From Sphingomonadaceae bacterium (GTDB lineage Bacteria > Pseudomonadota > Alphaproteobacteria > Sphingomonadales > Sphingomonadaceae), in assembly GCA_021732525.1 (NCBI GenBank), contig JAKFUU010000001.1:29906-93905 (forward strand): a DNA stretch of 64,000 nucleotides, written 5' to 3'. Below are positions 42,399 through 52,226 of this stretch, piece by piece (positions within the stretch are counted from its first letter, which is position 1; each line of letters starts with the position of its first letter). The notes below the pieces were generated by a model. That model did not search any database and was not told where the DNA came from. It saw nothing but the letters and a program-made list of their open reading frames with translations. A program made the translations under genes and the position numbers.

Positions 42399-43034
42399 TC
42401 AGCCGCCTTTTCGGCGGACGGGCCGCGGGTCTCTCCAGCGGAAGGCGCTATCGGCAACAGCGACATTATATTTTACATTTGCGAGTCGCACGCTGGTCCG
42501 ATTATTTTTCGAATCGAGCGCGGTCCAGCCATAAAGCGCATAGCCGCTGGGCGCGGTAGCGCTCTTCGTAAAGGTCAAAGTCATGGTGCCAAATTCGGGT
42601 CTTTTGGGATCGGCAACGGCAACATTGATGACATCGTCATTTTCGGTGGGCAGCAATTTGCCATATTTGCGCAAATCCTGACCAGGATCGAGCAGCGCGG
42701 TCAGCGGGCTATTTTTAATCGGCCAGCGCTGCACTTGCTTCACCTCATAATCCACCAGCGTCAGCGCCTTGCCGTCGGCGACAATCAGCAGCGGCGTGTC
42801 CTTTTGATATTCAAAACGGACATGGCCGGGGCGTTTGAGCAGTAGGCGGCCCGAAACGCTGCGGCCCTGGCGATCGGTTTGTGTGAAGCTGGCGCTCATC
42901 GAGGTGACTTTTTGCATATGGGCCGCGACTTTGTCGATTTTGCTCGTGATTTGCAGCGCGGGTACGGGTGCCGGAGCAGCGATCATCAGCGCTATGGTCG
43001 TGAGCAAAAAACGGGGCGTATATTTTTTCATCAT
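42399..43034 (-). CDS. lolA: Outer-membrane lipoprotein carrier protein LolA
   Basis: ATG at 43034 gives MMKKYTPRFLLTTIALMIAAPAP. ASFTQTDRQGRSVSGRLLLKRPGHVRFEY is the LolA pattern. Confidence 0.85.
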   Translation of the reverse strand: MMKKYTPRFLLTTIALMIAAPAPVPALQITSKIDKVAAHMQKVTSMSASFTQTDRQGRSVSGRLLLKRPGHVRFEYQKDTPLLIVADGKALTLVDYEVKQVQRWPIKNSPLTALLDPGQDLRKYGKLLPTENDDVINVAVADPKRPEFGTMTLTFTKSATAPSGYALYGWTALDSKNNRTSVRLANVKYNVAVADSAFRWRDPRPVRRKGG

Positions 43035-43123
43035 TCCATTTCCACCGGGGATTAATATCATTGAAACGCCCGCTAACCAAAGGGCATTGAACGAAGTGTG
43101 AACCGCCGCTTTGGCAAGCAAAG

Positions 43124-45445
43124 CTAAAGCGGTTCGCCATTCTCATCGCGCAGCACGTCGCGCCGTCCAATATGGTTCGGTGCGGAGACATAGCCATCCT
43201 CCTCCATCCGGTCGATCAACCGCGCTGCGCTGTTATAGCCGATGCGCAATTGCCGCTGTATCCAGCTGGTCGAGGCCTTTTGGCTTTCGAACACGATCTG
43301 GCACGCTTTGCGATATTGCGCGTCTTCGGGGCTATCGTCGCCGCCGATGCCCTCCAAAGCAAAGCCGCCATCTTCGGGTTCTTCGGTAACGGCTTGGATA
43401 TATTCGGGCTGGCCCTGCGTGCGCCAATGGTCGGCAACGCGGCGCACTTCATCATCCGAAACAAAGGGTCCGTGAATGCGCGTCACTTGCTTGCCGCCCG
43501 CCATATAAAGCATATCGCCCTTGCCCAGCAACTGCTCTGCGCCTTGTTCGCCCAATATCGTGCGGCTGTCGATTTTTGAGGTAACATGGAAACTGATCCG
43601 CGTGGGCAGGTTGGCCTTGATCACGCCGGTGATCACATCCACCGAGGGCCGCTGCGTTGCCATGATCAGGTGAATGCCCGCCGCGCGCGCCTTTTGCGCC
43701 AGCCGCTGGATTAGGAATTCGACCTCTTTGCCCGCGGTCATCATCAAATCGGCCAGCTCGTCGACCACCACGACAATCTGCGGCATGGGTTCATATTCGA
43801 GGCTTTCTTCCTCATATTGCGGTTGCCCCGTCATCGGATCATAACCAATCTGCACCTTGCGGCCCAGCGGCGTGCCCTTGGTCTTTGCCGTGCGCACTTT
43901 TTCGTTGAAATTGGCTAGATTGCGCACCGATAGCGAGGACATCATGCGGTATCGCTCCTCCATCTGCTCCACCGCCCATTTCAGCGCGCGGATCGCCTTG
44001 GCAGGCTCGGTGACCACGGGCGACAAGAGATGCGGGATATCATCATAGATCGACAATTCGAGCATTTTGGGATCGATCATAATCATCCGGCATTGATCGG
44101 GGGTCAACCGGTAGAGCAGCGACAGGATCATGCTGTTGAGGCCCACCGACTTGCCCGAACCGGTTGTGCCCGCCACCAAAAGATGCGGCATCGGCGCGAG
44201 GTCGGCAATTACCGGATCGCCCGAGATATTCTTGCCCAGGATAATCGGCAGCGATCCTTTCTGTTCGGCAAAAGCATCAGAGGCAACCATTTCATTGAGC
44301 GAGATCGCCTCGCGGGTGGCATTGGGCAGCTCGATCCCCATCACCGTGCGCCCTGGAATCGCGCAGACGCGGGCCGACAGCGCCGACATATTGCGCGCAA
44401 TATCTTCGGCCAGTTGGATCACCCGGCTGGCCTTGATTCCGGCGGCAGGTTCCAGCTCATACATCGTGACCACGGGGCCGGGGCGGACGGCGACAATTTC
44501 GCCCTTGACGCTATATTCCTCCAACACGGTTTCGAGCAGGCGCGCGTTCGCTTCCAAAGCGGCTTTGTCCAATTTGGGCGCGGCGTTGGCGGGCGGCGGA
44601 TCGAGCAGGTCTACCGATGGCAGAATAAAGCTGCCGAAAAAATCGCCCTGGCGCGCGCCGGTTGAAAAATTCGCTTTTTTGGGCGCAAGCTTCCTCTCAC
44701 TAATTTCCGGCGGTTTACGCGCTTCGCGCTGGACAATCTTGCGCGGGGTTATTTTCGCTATTACCGGGCCTGGATCATCCCGGTCACCCGAAAGCGGTGC
44801 GCGGCCCGTGATATTGCGGCCCAGCGGCAAAGAGATCGCTGGTATCCGGAGCAAGGGTCTTTCAAGCTCAAGCGACCGGATAACCAATGCAATACCCGGC
44901 AGCAAGCTGCTGAATATCAACAGCCAGCGTAGCCAAATACGCGATCCTTCGCCCGCCATTTCAACGGCGGCAACCGCGAACCGTTCGAGCAGCAACGCAA
45001 AAATTCCGCCCCAACCGGCTGGCAAGCCAATGGCGCTGCCGCTTTGCCAGTAAGCCATGGCAAATCCGGTCATCAACATCCCCAGCAGGCAAAAGGCAAT
45101 CTGCCGCCGCCAAGTCGGCTGCGGTACATTCTTAAGCAATCGCTGCGCCATGATTAGCATCAACGGCGTGAGCAATATCGCCGGCAAACCAAACAAGAAC
45201 AAGGCGCCATCGCCCAAATAAGCGCCCGCGCTACCCATCCAATTATGCCTGACGCCTTGTGCTGCGCTGTTGAAAGCTTGGTCGGCGGGCGAATAGCTCA
45301 GCACCGACAGGCTATAAAATATCGCAAATAGCGCCAATGCGGCGGCGATGACCAGCGTGCCGCTACGCAGGACCGATTGGCGCATAATATCGCGCCAGCC
45401 GGCCGGTGCGGCGCGGGTCGATAGGGTTCGGGCGCGGGTGGCCAT
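43124..45445 (-). CDS. ftsK: DNA translocase FtsK
   Basis: N-terminal TM segments, Walker A GTTGSGKSVGLNSMI and a C-terminal winged-helix gamma domain. Confidence 0.96.
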   Translation of the reverse strand: MATRARTLSTRAAPAGWRDIMRQSVLRSGTLVIAAALALFAIFYSLSVLSYSPADQAFNSAAQGVRHNWMGSAGAYLGDGALFLFGLPAILLTPLMLIMAQRLLKNVPQPTWRRQIAFCLLGMLMTGFAMAYWQSGSAIGLPAGWGGIFALLLERFAVAAVEMAGEGSRIWLRWLLIFSSLLPGIALVIRSLELERPLLRIPAISLPLGRNITGRAPLSGDRDDPGPVIAKITPRKIVQREARKPPEISERKLAPKKANFSTGARQGDFFGSFILPSVDLLDPPPANAAPKLDKAALEANARLLETVLEEYSVKGEIVAVRPGPVVTMYELEPAAGIKASRVIQLAEDIARNMSALSARVCAIPGRTVMGIELPNATREAISLNEMVASDAFAEQKGSLPIILGKNISGDPVIADLAPMPHLLVAGTTGSGKSVGLNSMILSLLYRLTPDQCRMIMIDPKMLELSIYDDIPHLLSPVVTEPAKAIRALKWAVEQMEERYRMMSSLSVRNLANFNEKVRTAKTKGTPLGRKVQIGYDPMTGQPQYEEESLEYEPMPQIVVVVDELADLMMTAGKEVEFLIQRLAQKARAAGIHLIMATQRPSVDVITGVIKANLPTRISFHVTSKIDSRTILGEQGAEQLLGKGDMLYMAGGKQVTRIHGPFVSDDEVRRVADHWRTQGQPEYIQAVTEEPEDGGFALEGIGGDDSPEDAQYRKACQIVFESQKASTSWIQRQLRIGYNSAARLIDRMEEDGYVSAPNHIGRRDVLRDENGEPL

Positions 45446-45621
45446 TTTTTTGCTGCCTTTAGCGAATAGGATTGACGAAAATTTGAACGCGGTCCCCCTT
45501 TTGCGCGCGGGAGGGACTATGCGTCAAGAGTCCAGCTTGATTTTGCGCTTTGCGTGCGGTCAACCGATGGTTAGAAGCGGATAAATTTCTTGATAGGTTT
45601 CTTCAAAAAGTGGCAAACCAA

Positions 45622-46851
45622 ATGGCAAAAATCGATACAGCCGATGTCATTATCATCGGCGGCGGCATGATCGGCCTGACGCAGGGGTTGGCGCTGGCTG
45701 CGCAGGGGATCTCCTGTCATATTATCGATCAAGCCGATCCGGCGGCGATGCTTGCCGAAGGGTTCGACGGGCGGACATCTGCCATATCCGCCTCATCCAT
45801 GAAAATGTTGGCGGCCATTGGCCTTGGCGATGCTTTGGCTGGGCTGGGCTGTCCGATCAAACAAATTTGGGTGAGCGACGGGCTAAAACCGGGTGAACTG
45901 GATTTTGTGCCCGGCGTGGATGACGGCTATTTAGGGCAAATGTTCGAAAATAAGCTGCTGCGCCGGATTTTATATAACGCCGCCGCCGCGCATGATTTGA
46001 TTTTTCTCCATATGCCCGCCGCCATCACCCATAAGCAGCGCGGCGGTTCGGGCGCGCGGGTAACATTGGCGGATGGTGCGATATTGGCGGGGCAATTGCT
46101 GATCGTCGCGGAAGGCCGAAACAGCCAAACCCGCAGCGAAGCCGGCCTGAAAATTGCGCATTGGCACTATGATCACAGCGCTTTGGTCGGTGCCATTTAT
46201 CATGAAAAAGGCCATGAGAATATTGCTTATGAGATATTCTATCCCACCGGGCCATTTGCGATTTTGCCGATGCTCGATGACGCTGCGGGACGCCATCGTT
46301 CGGCGATTGTCTGGTCGCAAACACGCAGCCGGGCTCCGGCCTATATGAAGCTGTCGCCGCGCGCTTTTGCCCATGAACTGGAAAAGGCGATGGGCGGTAT
46401 GCTGGGCCGCACCGAATTGGCTGCACCGCTTTCCAGCTATCCGCTCGGCTTTCATCACACCACGCAGATTGCCGCCGAACGATTGGTGCTCGTCGGGGAC
46501 AGCGCGCACGGCATCCATCCGATCGCTGGACAGGGGCTGAATTTGGGACTGCGCGATGTCGCGGCGCTGACCGAGGTGCTAACCGATGGCATGCGGCTGG
46601 GTCTTGATTTTGGCGATGCCCAGCTCCTGGATCGCTATGGCCGTTGGCGCAGCCTGGATACGTTGATGGTGGCGGCGGCAACCGACGGGTTGAACCGGTT
46701 ATTTTCGGTCCCTGGTAAGACGGCGTCCATGCTGCGGCGATTTGGTTTGGGACTGGTGCAACGCACAAAGCCCGCGAAAGCTTTCTTTATGTCCGAAGCG
46801 CGCGGCGAAAGCGGCGCGTTGCCAAAATTGCTGAAAGGCGCGGCATTATAA
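45622..46851 (+). CDS. UbiH/UbiF/VisC/COQ6 family ubiquinone biosynthesis hydroxylase (FAD-dependent)
   Basis: ATG at 45622 gives MAKIDTADVIIIGGGMIGL. GDSAHGIHPIAGQGLNLGLRD is present. Confidence 0.88.
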   Translation: MAKIDTADVIIIGGGMIGLTQGLALAAQGISCHIIDQADPAAMLAEGFDGRTSAISASSMKMLAAIGLGDALAGLGCPIKQIWVSDGLKPGELDFVPGVDDGYLGQMFENKLLRRILYNAAAAHDLIFLHMPAAITHKQRGGSGARVTLADGAILAGQLLIVAEGRNSQTRSEAGLKIAHWHYDHSALVGAIYHEKGHENIAYEIFYPTGPFAILPMLDDAAGRHRSAIVWSQTRSRAPAYMKLSPRAFAHELEKAMGGMLGRTELAAPLSSYPLGFHHTTQIAAERLVLVGDSAHGIHPIAGQGLNLGLRDVAALTEVLTDGMRLGLDFGDAQLLDRYGRWRSLDTLMVAAATDGLNRLFSVPGKTASMLRRFGLGLVQRTKPAKAFFMSEARGESGALPKLLKGAAL

Positions 46852-46857
46852 AACGGA

Positions 46858-46999
46858 CTATAGACTGTTTCAGTTACACTGAAACATTGGCGGCACCAGC
46901 CCACTCCCCCACCCGACCACCCGGTCAGGACATGCTATGGGTGGCCGGGTGGGGGAGTGGGCTGGTGCCGCTTCCACGTAAGTGGAAAAAACTCTATAG
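46858..46999. repeat. 142-bp nested palindromic element with a stem of about 33 bp
   Basis: Terminal inverted repeat ctataga / tctatag. Perfect 26-bp arms at 46890-46915 and 46946-46971, extendable to 33 bp with one mismatch. Small flanking hairpins gtttcagt..actgaaac and ttccac..gtggaa. Confidence 0.9.
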
Positions 47000-47020
47000 C
47001 GCGCGCTTTATAAATCTCTC

Positions 47021-47058
47021 GCGAAAAGAGGCGGGCCGGGTTATTCGGCCCACCTCTT
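47021..47058 (-). terminator. Rho-independent terminator downstream of the BlaR1-like gene
   Basis: Stem agaggcgggcc / ggcccacctct. On the minus strand it is followed by TTTTC. Confidence 0.7.
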
Positions 47059-47136
47059 CCCCGCATCGAACAAGCAAACAATTTTCCGAAGATAGCTGGG
47101 GAGCTCTAACGGCTGGCTTGCTGATGAAGCTGGTTA

Positions 47137-48798
47137 TTATTTTTCGGCCGGCGGTTCGGGGGGCTGCGGGGCCTCGGGCGGCTGCGGCGTTTTGAACTTT
47201 GCCACAAAATTATGCTTGCCCCTGAAGCGTTTCAGCCTTTGCAGCGCGGATTTTCGGGCTTCCTCGCTCACCGGTTTGCCGCAAAATATCGTTACCGTTT
47301 TGCTCGCCTTCTCTCCCTTTCCGCTGCTACCGGAAAATACACCAATCCTCGATTCAACACATTCGTCTGTTTCATCAGGATCACCGTCATCTCCATTCAC
47401 CGAAAAAACAACGCTGCTGCCTGCCTCCGAATGCGGCGCATCGCTGGAGTAAGAGAATGTTCGCGATACTGTATTGGTGGATTTCTTGTCACCATCTTTT
47501 TCGCGGAATATTTTAACTTTCACGCCTTTGCCATCGGCGGGCGCGCCTTCCTTCTCCGACCATTCGATATCCTGCAAAGAAGCCTCCGCCTCGCTGACCA
47601 GCTTATCAAAATCGACGTCGGACAATTCCTTATTCGTGCGCAGGACGATCAATTTCCCGTCGCGCTTGATGCTTTTGACAAAGGGTGTGTCTTTATCACC
47701 CGTCAAGTCGATATCTTCGCCATCGATGGAAATTTTTATGTCGGATGGTGCCTCGCCCTCTTTCCCGTCGCGCTTTTTGGTGATGATGACGGTTCGTTTC
47801 TCTGCCTGCTTCTCGGCGGATTTATCCGCCGTGGTATCATCCTGAGCAGCAACGGGTATTTCAAAAATAGTCGCGGTTAGCGGCAGGGTGATCGCCAAAG
47901 CCGCAACGACCCCCAATTTGCCCACCAGGCGGCGTTTCTTGCTGATATCTTTCATGGTCAAATTCCTTAATCGTGCGATGATGGTTTTGGGGCTGCCCAG
48001 CGCGATGGCAAAGGCGGGGGCGGGATGATGCGCTGCGCGCGCCAAGGTGCGGCCATAGGCTTGTTTGGCGGCGCCATCGCGCCCTTCCAAAACCCGTGCG
48101 TCGCAGGCGGCTTCCTGATCAAAGCGGAACGCATTCCAGGCGATCCAGCTAAAGGGATTGAACCAAGTTAGGCACAGCACGATAAAGCCCACAAAATTGG
48201 CGAAAAGATCGCCTGATTTATGATGCGCCATTTCATGCGCCAGCGCCAATTCGCGTTCTTGCGCAGAAAATATCTTCGCAAAATCAAGCGGGACGGCGAT
48301 ATAGCGGCGGAATAGGCCAAAGGCCAGCGGCCCTTTGATTTGATCCGATTCGATCAATTTCACGCCGCCAACTTCGCCCAAGTCGGTCGCCTCCGCCAAT
48401 AAAATATCGCGCATCGAAACATAGCGCAGCATCTGAATGAGGAAGATCAATGCCGCGCCGCTTAGCCAGATGATGAATGCAAACTCGGGCCAGGCGGCCT
48501 CGATCGATTGGCTCCAATGGCTCACCGATAGCTCGTCTAAACCGCTGGAGCCGAGCGCAGGGGGAGGCACCGCATTACCGGTTTCGCCGGCTATTCCGAT
48601 CGCGGCTGTATCAAACGCGGATGCCGGGACCGCGATTTCCTGTTCAAACGGCGGCAGAAACAGCCGCATGGCGGGGATCAGCCATAGCCAATAAGCCGCG
48701 ACCGGCCCGAACAAGCGCGCCATTGGCCGCCGAATGAGCAATATCGCCACCACCAATAAGGATGTTGTCGCCAAACTCTCCCAAATCCACTCGGTCAT
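47137..48798 (-). CDS. M56 family (BlaR1/MecR1-like) membrane metalloprotease signal transducer with a non-canonical C-terminal domain
   Basis: N-terminal TM segments and the zinc motif ALAHEMAHHKSGD (HExxH). After a further TM segment comes a ~270-aa K/D/E-rich region ending PQPPEAPQPPEPPAEK. Confidence 0.8.
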   Translation of the reverse strand: MTEWIWESLATTSLLVVAILLIRRPMARLFGPVAAYWLWLIPAMRLFLPPFEQEIAVPASAFDTAAIGIAGETGNAVPPPALGSSGLDELSVSHWSQSIEAAWPEFAFIIWLSGAALIFLIQMLRYVSMRDILLAEATDLGEVGGVKLIESDQIKGPLAFGLFRRYIAVPLDFAKIFSAQERELALAHEMAHHKSGDLFANFVGFIVLCLTWFNPFSWIAWNAFRFDQEAACDARVLEGRDGAAKQAYGRTLARAAHHPAPAFAIALGSPKTIIARLRNLTMKDISKKRRLVGKLGVVAALAITLPLTATIFEIPVAAQDDTTADKSAEKQAEKRTVIITKKRDGKEGEAPSDIKISIDGEDIDLTGDKDTPFVKSIKRDGKLIVLRTNKELSDVDFDKLVSEAEASLQDIEWSEKEGAPADGKGVKVKIFREKDGDKKSTNTVSRTFSYSSDAPHSEAGSSVVFSVNGDDGDPDETDECVESRIGVFSGSSGKGEKASKTVTIFCGKPVSEEARKSALQRLKRFRGKHNFVAKFKTPQPPEAPQPPEPPAEK

Positions 48799-49163
48799 TT
48801 TCTCATCTCCCTCAGCAGCCGTTCGATTTCGGCGATGTCATCATCGCTGAGCTTTTCTTGCTCCGCGAGATGCGCCACCAATGGCATGAATTTGCCCCCA
48901 AACAGCCGGTCGACAAGACGGCGTGATTCCCCGGTCACATAATCCTCTCGCACTACCAGCGGTGAATATAAAAAGCGGCGGCCATCCTGCGCATAACCAA
49001 CGGCGGCCTTTGCGAGCAGGCGGGACAGCAACGTCTTTATCGTGGTGATCGACCAATCGCGATCGCCCGCCAGCCGCGCGGCAACATCGGTTGCGGTGAT
49101 CGGTGATTCGGCCCACAAAACCTCCATAATTGCCAATTCCGCGTCGCTAATTCGCTCTTGCAT
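48795..49163 (-). CDS. BlaI/MecI/CopY family transcriptional repressor
   Basis: 122 aa. ISDAELAIMEVLW...ITATDVAARL...WSITTIKTLLSRLLAK is the winged-helix penicillinase-repressor pattern. 4-nt overlap with the M56 gene. Confidence 0.88.
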   Translation of the reverse strand: MQERISDAELAIMEVLWAESPITATDVAARLAGDRDWSITTIKTLLSRLLAKAAVGYAQDGRRFLYSPLVVREDYVTGESRRLVDRLFGGKFMPLVAHLAEQEKLSDDDIAEIERLLREMRK

Positions 49164-49192
49164 AGCATCCTCTGATTAACCTGTGATTACGC

Positions 49193-49218
49193 ATGTAGTC
49201 GATTCGACTACATCTGTA
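49193..49218. promoter_or_regulatory. Candidate BlaI/CopY-type operator: 21-bp perfect palindrome ATGTAGTCGA-T-TCGACTACAT overlapping a TACAtcTGTA box
   Basis: Direct reading, 30-55 nt upstream of the blaI-like ATG. TACAnnTGTA is the CopY cop-box, and TACA/TGTA are the half-sites of BlaI/MecI operators. Confidence 0.65.
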
Positions 49219-49579
49219 AACGACAAATTTGCGTTATGCAGGAGTCTTAATCGGATATAAATTGTCGGAAAATTTGACAGTGGTTTATATGATTACTATG
49301 TTATCAACCATTTATATATTTGAATATAAACAAGTTTCATAAAATGGCATGGCAACTGCATATGATAGGATGTTCAACGCCCCACTTGAGTTCCGGACGG
49401 GTTGGTTGCTTCTGGTCTCGCGCCATCCCGTCCCGGCTTTCCCAAAAACCAGATAGATAGGATCCGGCTGCTTTCTAGAGCGTGATGACATATGACCGAT
49501 CCGTCATTGCGAGGAGCGAAGCGACGACGAGAATCAACTTAACGTCATCAGGATCTAAGCCGATCATTTTGGGCGCAGG

Positions 49580-50659
49580 CTATCCTTCGTTTAGCCCGGC
49601 CATGCGCTCCGCCTGATCTTCCGCGATGAGCGCGCCCAGCAATTCCTGAAGGCTACCCTCCAATATCTCGGGTAGCTTATGCAGCGTTAGGTTAATGCGG
49701 TGGTCGGTCACCCGGCCTTGCGGAAAATTATAGGTGCGGATGCGTTCGGACCGGTCGCCGCTGCCCACCATCGATTTGCGCGCGGTTGCCTCTTCGCTTT
49801 GGATGCGGTGGCGCTCGGCTTCGAATAGCCGCGTGCGCAGAACCTGCAGCGCGCGGGCTTTATTTTTATGCTGCGATTTTTCATCCTGCTGGATCACGAC
49901 CAACCCGCTTGGGATATGCGTGATCCGCACCGCGCTGTCGGTGGTATTCACATGCTGCCCGCCCGCGCCCGATGCGCGGTAAACATCGATACGCAAATCC
50001 TGATCCTTGATTTCGACATCGACCTCTTCGGCTTCGGGCAGCACCGCGACGGTGGCGGCGCTGGTATGGATGCGCCCGCCGCTTTCGGTCACGGGCACGC
50101 GCTGCACCCGGTGCACCCCGCTTTCGAATTTCAGCTTGGCGAAAACGCCGGTGCCTTTTACCGCGGCGACAACCTCCTTAAATCCGCCTTGATCGGCGCT
50201 GTTGGCCGAAATCATCTCGACCTTCCAACCCTGCATCGCCGCATAGCGTTCATACATGCGCAGCAAATCACCGGCGAATAGGGCGGCTTCATCACCGCCC
50301 GTGCCCGCGCGAATTTCCAGCATGGCCGGGCGATCATCGGCGGCGTCGCGCGGCAATAGCTTGATGGCCAGCGCTTGTTCCGCCTGCGCCATTTCATGCG
50401 CTACATCTTGCAATTCCTCCACCGCCATATCGCGCAATTCGGCATCGGCGCCGGGGTCTTTTGCCATCCTATCGAGCGTCTCAACTTCGGCGCGCAATCG
50501 GCGAACATTGCTTGCGGCCTTGGCCACGGGCTCTAGCTCGGCATATTCGCGGCTGGCGGTAACAAAGGCTTCGCCCTCCATCTGACCCGATGCCATCCGC
50601 GCCTCCAATTCGTGAAAGCGCGCCTCTATCTGCGCGATGCGTTCGGAAGAGATTTTCAC
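49580..50659 (-). CDS. prfA: Peptide chain release factor 1
   Basis: GGQ motif ([16 protein letters not shown]) and the PAT-type region. 359 aa. Confidence 0.96.
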   Translation of the reverse strand: MKISSERIAQIEARFHELEARMASGQMEGEAFVTASREYAELEPVAKAASNVRRLRAEVETLDRMAKDPGADAELRDMAVEELQDVAHEMAQAEQALAIKLLPRDAADDRPAMLEIRAGTGGDEAALFAGDLLRMYERYAAMQGWKVEMISANSADQGGFKEVVAAVKGTGVFAKLKFESGVHRVQRVPVTESGGRIHTSAATVAVLPEAEEVDVEIKDQDLRIDVYRASGAGGQHVNTTDSAVRITHIPSGLVVIQQDEKSQHKNKARALQVLRTRLFEAERHRIQSEEATARKSMVGSGDRSERIRTYNFPQGRVTDHRINLTLHKLPEILEGSLQELLGALIAEDQAERMAGLNEG

Positions 50660-50785
50660 CGCGTTGCCCCGCAGATATCGGAGCCGATTATGATTTTGCT
50701 GCGGCTGCAGGCTATTGGGCTGCTGCGTTCAAGGCCCCGCCGATTGCTGGAGCGGCGGCGTGAGATATCGGTCATCATTATCCTA

Positions 50786-52033
50786 TCACGCAAAATCATG
50801 GGCGGCAAATAGCGCTTCGGCTTCGTTGCCCCGCGCATAGCCGCCGTCCAGCCTATTCAAGCTTTGCGTTGCTGCGCCATCGCGCAGGTCGAGCGCGATC
50901 AGAATGGCGGGTGATGCCTTGCGCGCGCGGTCATATCGCTTGCGCGGGCTGCCGCTGACAAATTGTTCTGCGCAAAAACCGGCCTTGCGAAACCGCGCCG
51001 TCAGCTTGATACATGCTTGTTCGCGTTCGGGATGTTCGGCGACAATGGCGATTGCCAGCGGCGATATATCCCATTGGTTCAACAGCATCGCCAAACGCTC
51101 GATCCCCGCTGCCCAGCCGACCGCGGGCGTGGGCTTTCCGCCCAATTGTTCGATCAGCCCGTCATAACGCCCGCCGCCCAGCACGGTGCCCTGCGCGCCC
51201 AGCCGGTCGGTGATAAATTCAAAGGCGGTATGCCGGTAATAATCCAGCCCGCGAACCAACTGCGCATTGCGCTGCCACGCGACCCCCGCCGCATCCAGCC
51301 CCGCCGTTACTGCGCCAAAAAAATCCTGCGCGGCATGGCTCAAAAAAGCGTCTATCTTCGGTGCGCCATGGCAAATGCCGCGATCATCGGGGTCTTTGCT
51401 GTCCAAAATCCGCAGCGGATTGGTCTCCAACCGGCGCAGCGAATCTTCGGACAGGGCGCCGCGGTGATCGCCGAAATATTCGAGCAAAGCGGCGTGCCAT
51501 GCGTCGCGGCTTTCGGCGTCGCCCAGCGTATTGAGATTTAGCGTGACGCCGTCTTTAATGCCGAGTTCGTCCAGCAAATGATCCGCCATCACCAATAATT
51601 CGACATCGGCGGTGGGTTTGGCCGCGCCAATAATCTCCGCATCAATCTGGTGAAATTGCCGGTATCGGCCCTTTTGCGGGCGTTCATAGCGGAATAGGGG
51701 GCCATGCGCCGCGACCTTCATCGGCGCATATTGCTGCCACCCCCCGGTAATATAAGCGCGGGCAATCCCGGCGGTAAATTCGGGGCGCAACGTGATGCTG
51801 TCCCCGCCGCGATCCGCAAAACTATACATTTCCTTCGACACAACATCGGTGGTTTCACCCAAGCTGCGTGCGAATACAGCCGTGGGTTCGATGGCGGGCA
51901 ATATCAACCCCTTAAAACCATAGAGCTTTCGGATCCGATCAAAGCTCGTCACGACTTGGGCGAACCGCTCTTCGGCCTCGCCATATATATCCTGCGTGCC
52001 GCGCACCGCACCGGGGGTTGCAATCTTACTCAT
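50786..52033 (-). CDS. hisS: Histidine--tRNA ligase
   Basis: Class II motifs ([24 protein letters not shown]). 415 aa. Confidence 0.94.
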   Translation of the reverse strand: MSKIATPGAVRGTQDIYGEAEERFAQVVTSFDRIRKLYGFKGLILPAIEPTAVFARSLGETTDVVSKEMYSFADRGGDSITLRPEFTAGIARAYITGGWQQYAPMKVAAHGPLFRYERPQKGRYRQFHQIDAEIIGAAKPTADVELLVMADHLLDELGIKDGVTLNLNTLGDAESRDAWHAALLEYFGDHRGALSEDSLRRLETNPLRILDSKDPDDRGICHGAPKIDAFLSHAAQDFFGAVTAGLDAAGVAWQRNAQLVRGLDYYRHTAFEFITDRLGAQGTVLGGGRYDGLIEQLGGKPTPAVGWAAGIERLAMLLNQWDISPLAIAIVAEHPEREQACIKLTARFRKAGFCAEQFVSGSPRKRYDRARKASPAILIALDLRDGAATQSLNRLDGGYARGNEAEALFAAHDFA

Positions 52034-52226
52034 GATTGGACGGCCCTAGCGCGTTATATGTTCATGGGGAAGTGGGCAATGAAGCGGTATTTTATCCGCC
52101 GCGAGACCCGTTCGTCGCGTAATCAGGACAGTAACCATCGCGCGCGGACGGGCGCGCCATCATTTATATGCAGCCTGCGATATATTAATGCTGGACCCTG
52201 TTTAAAAAATACGCATAAATTTTCGC

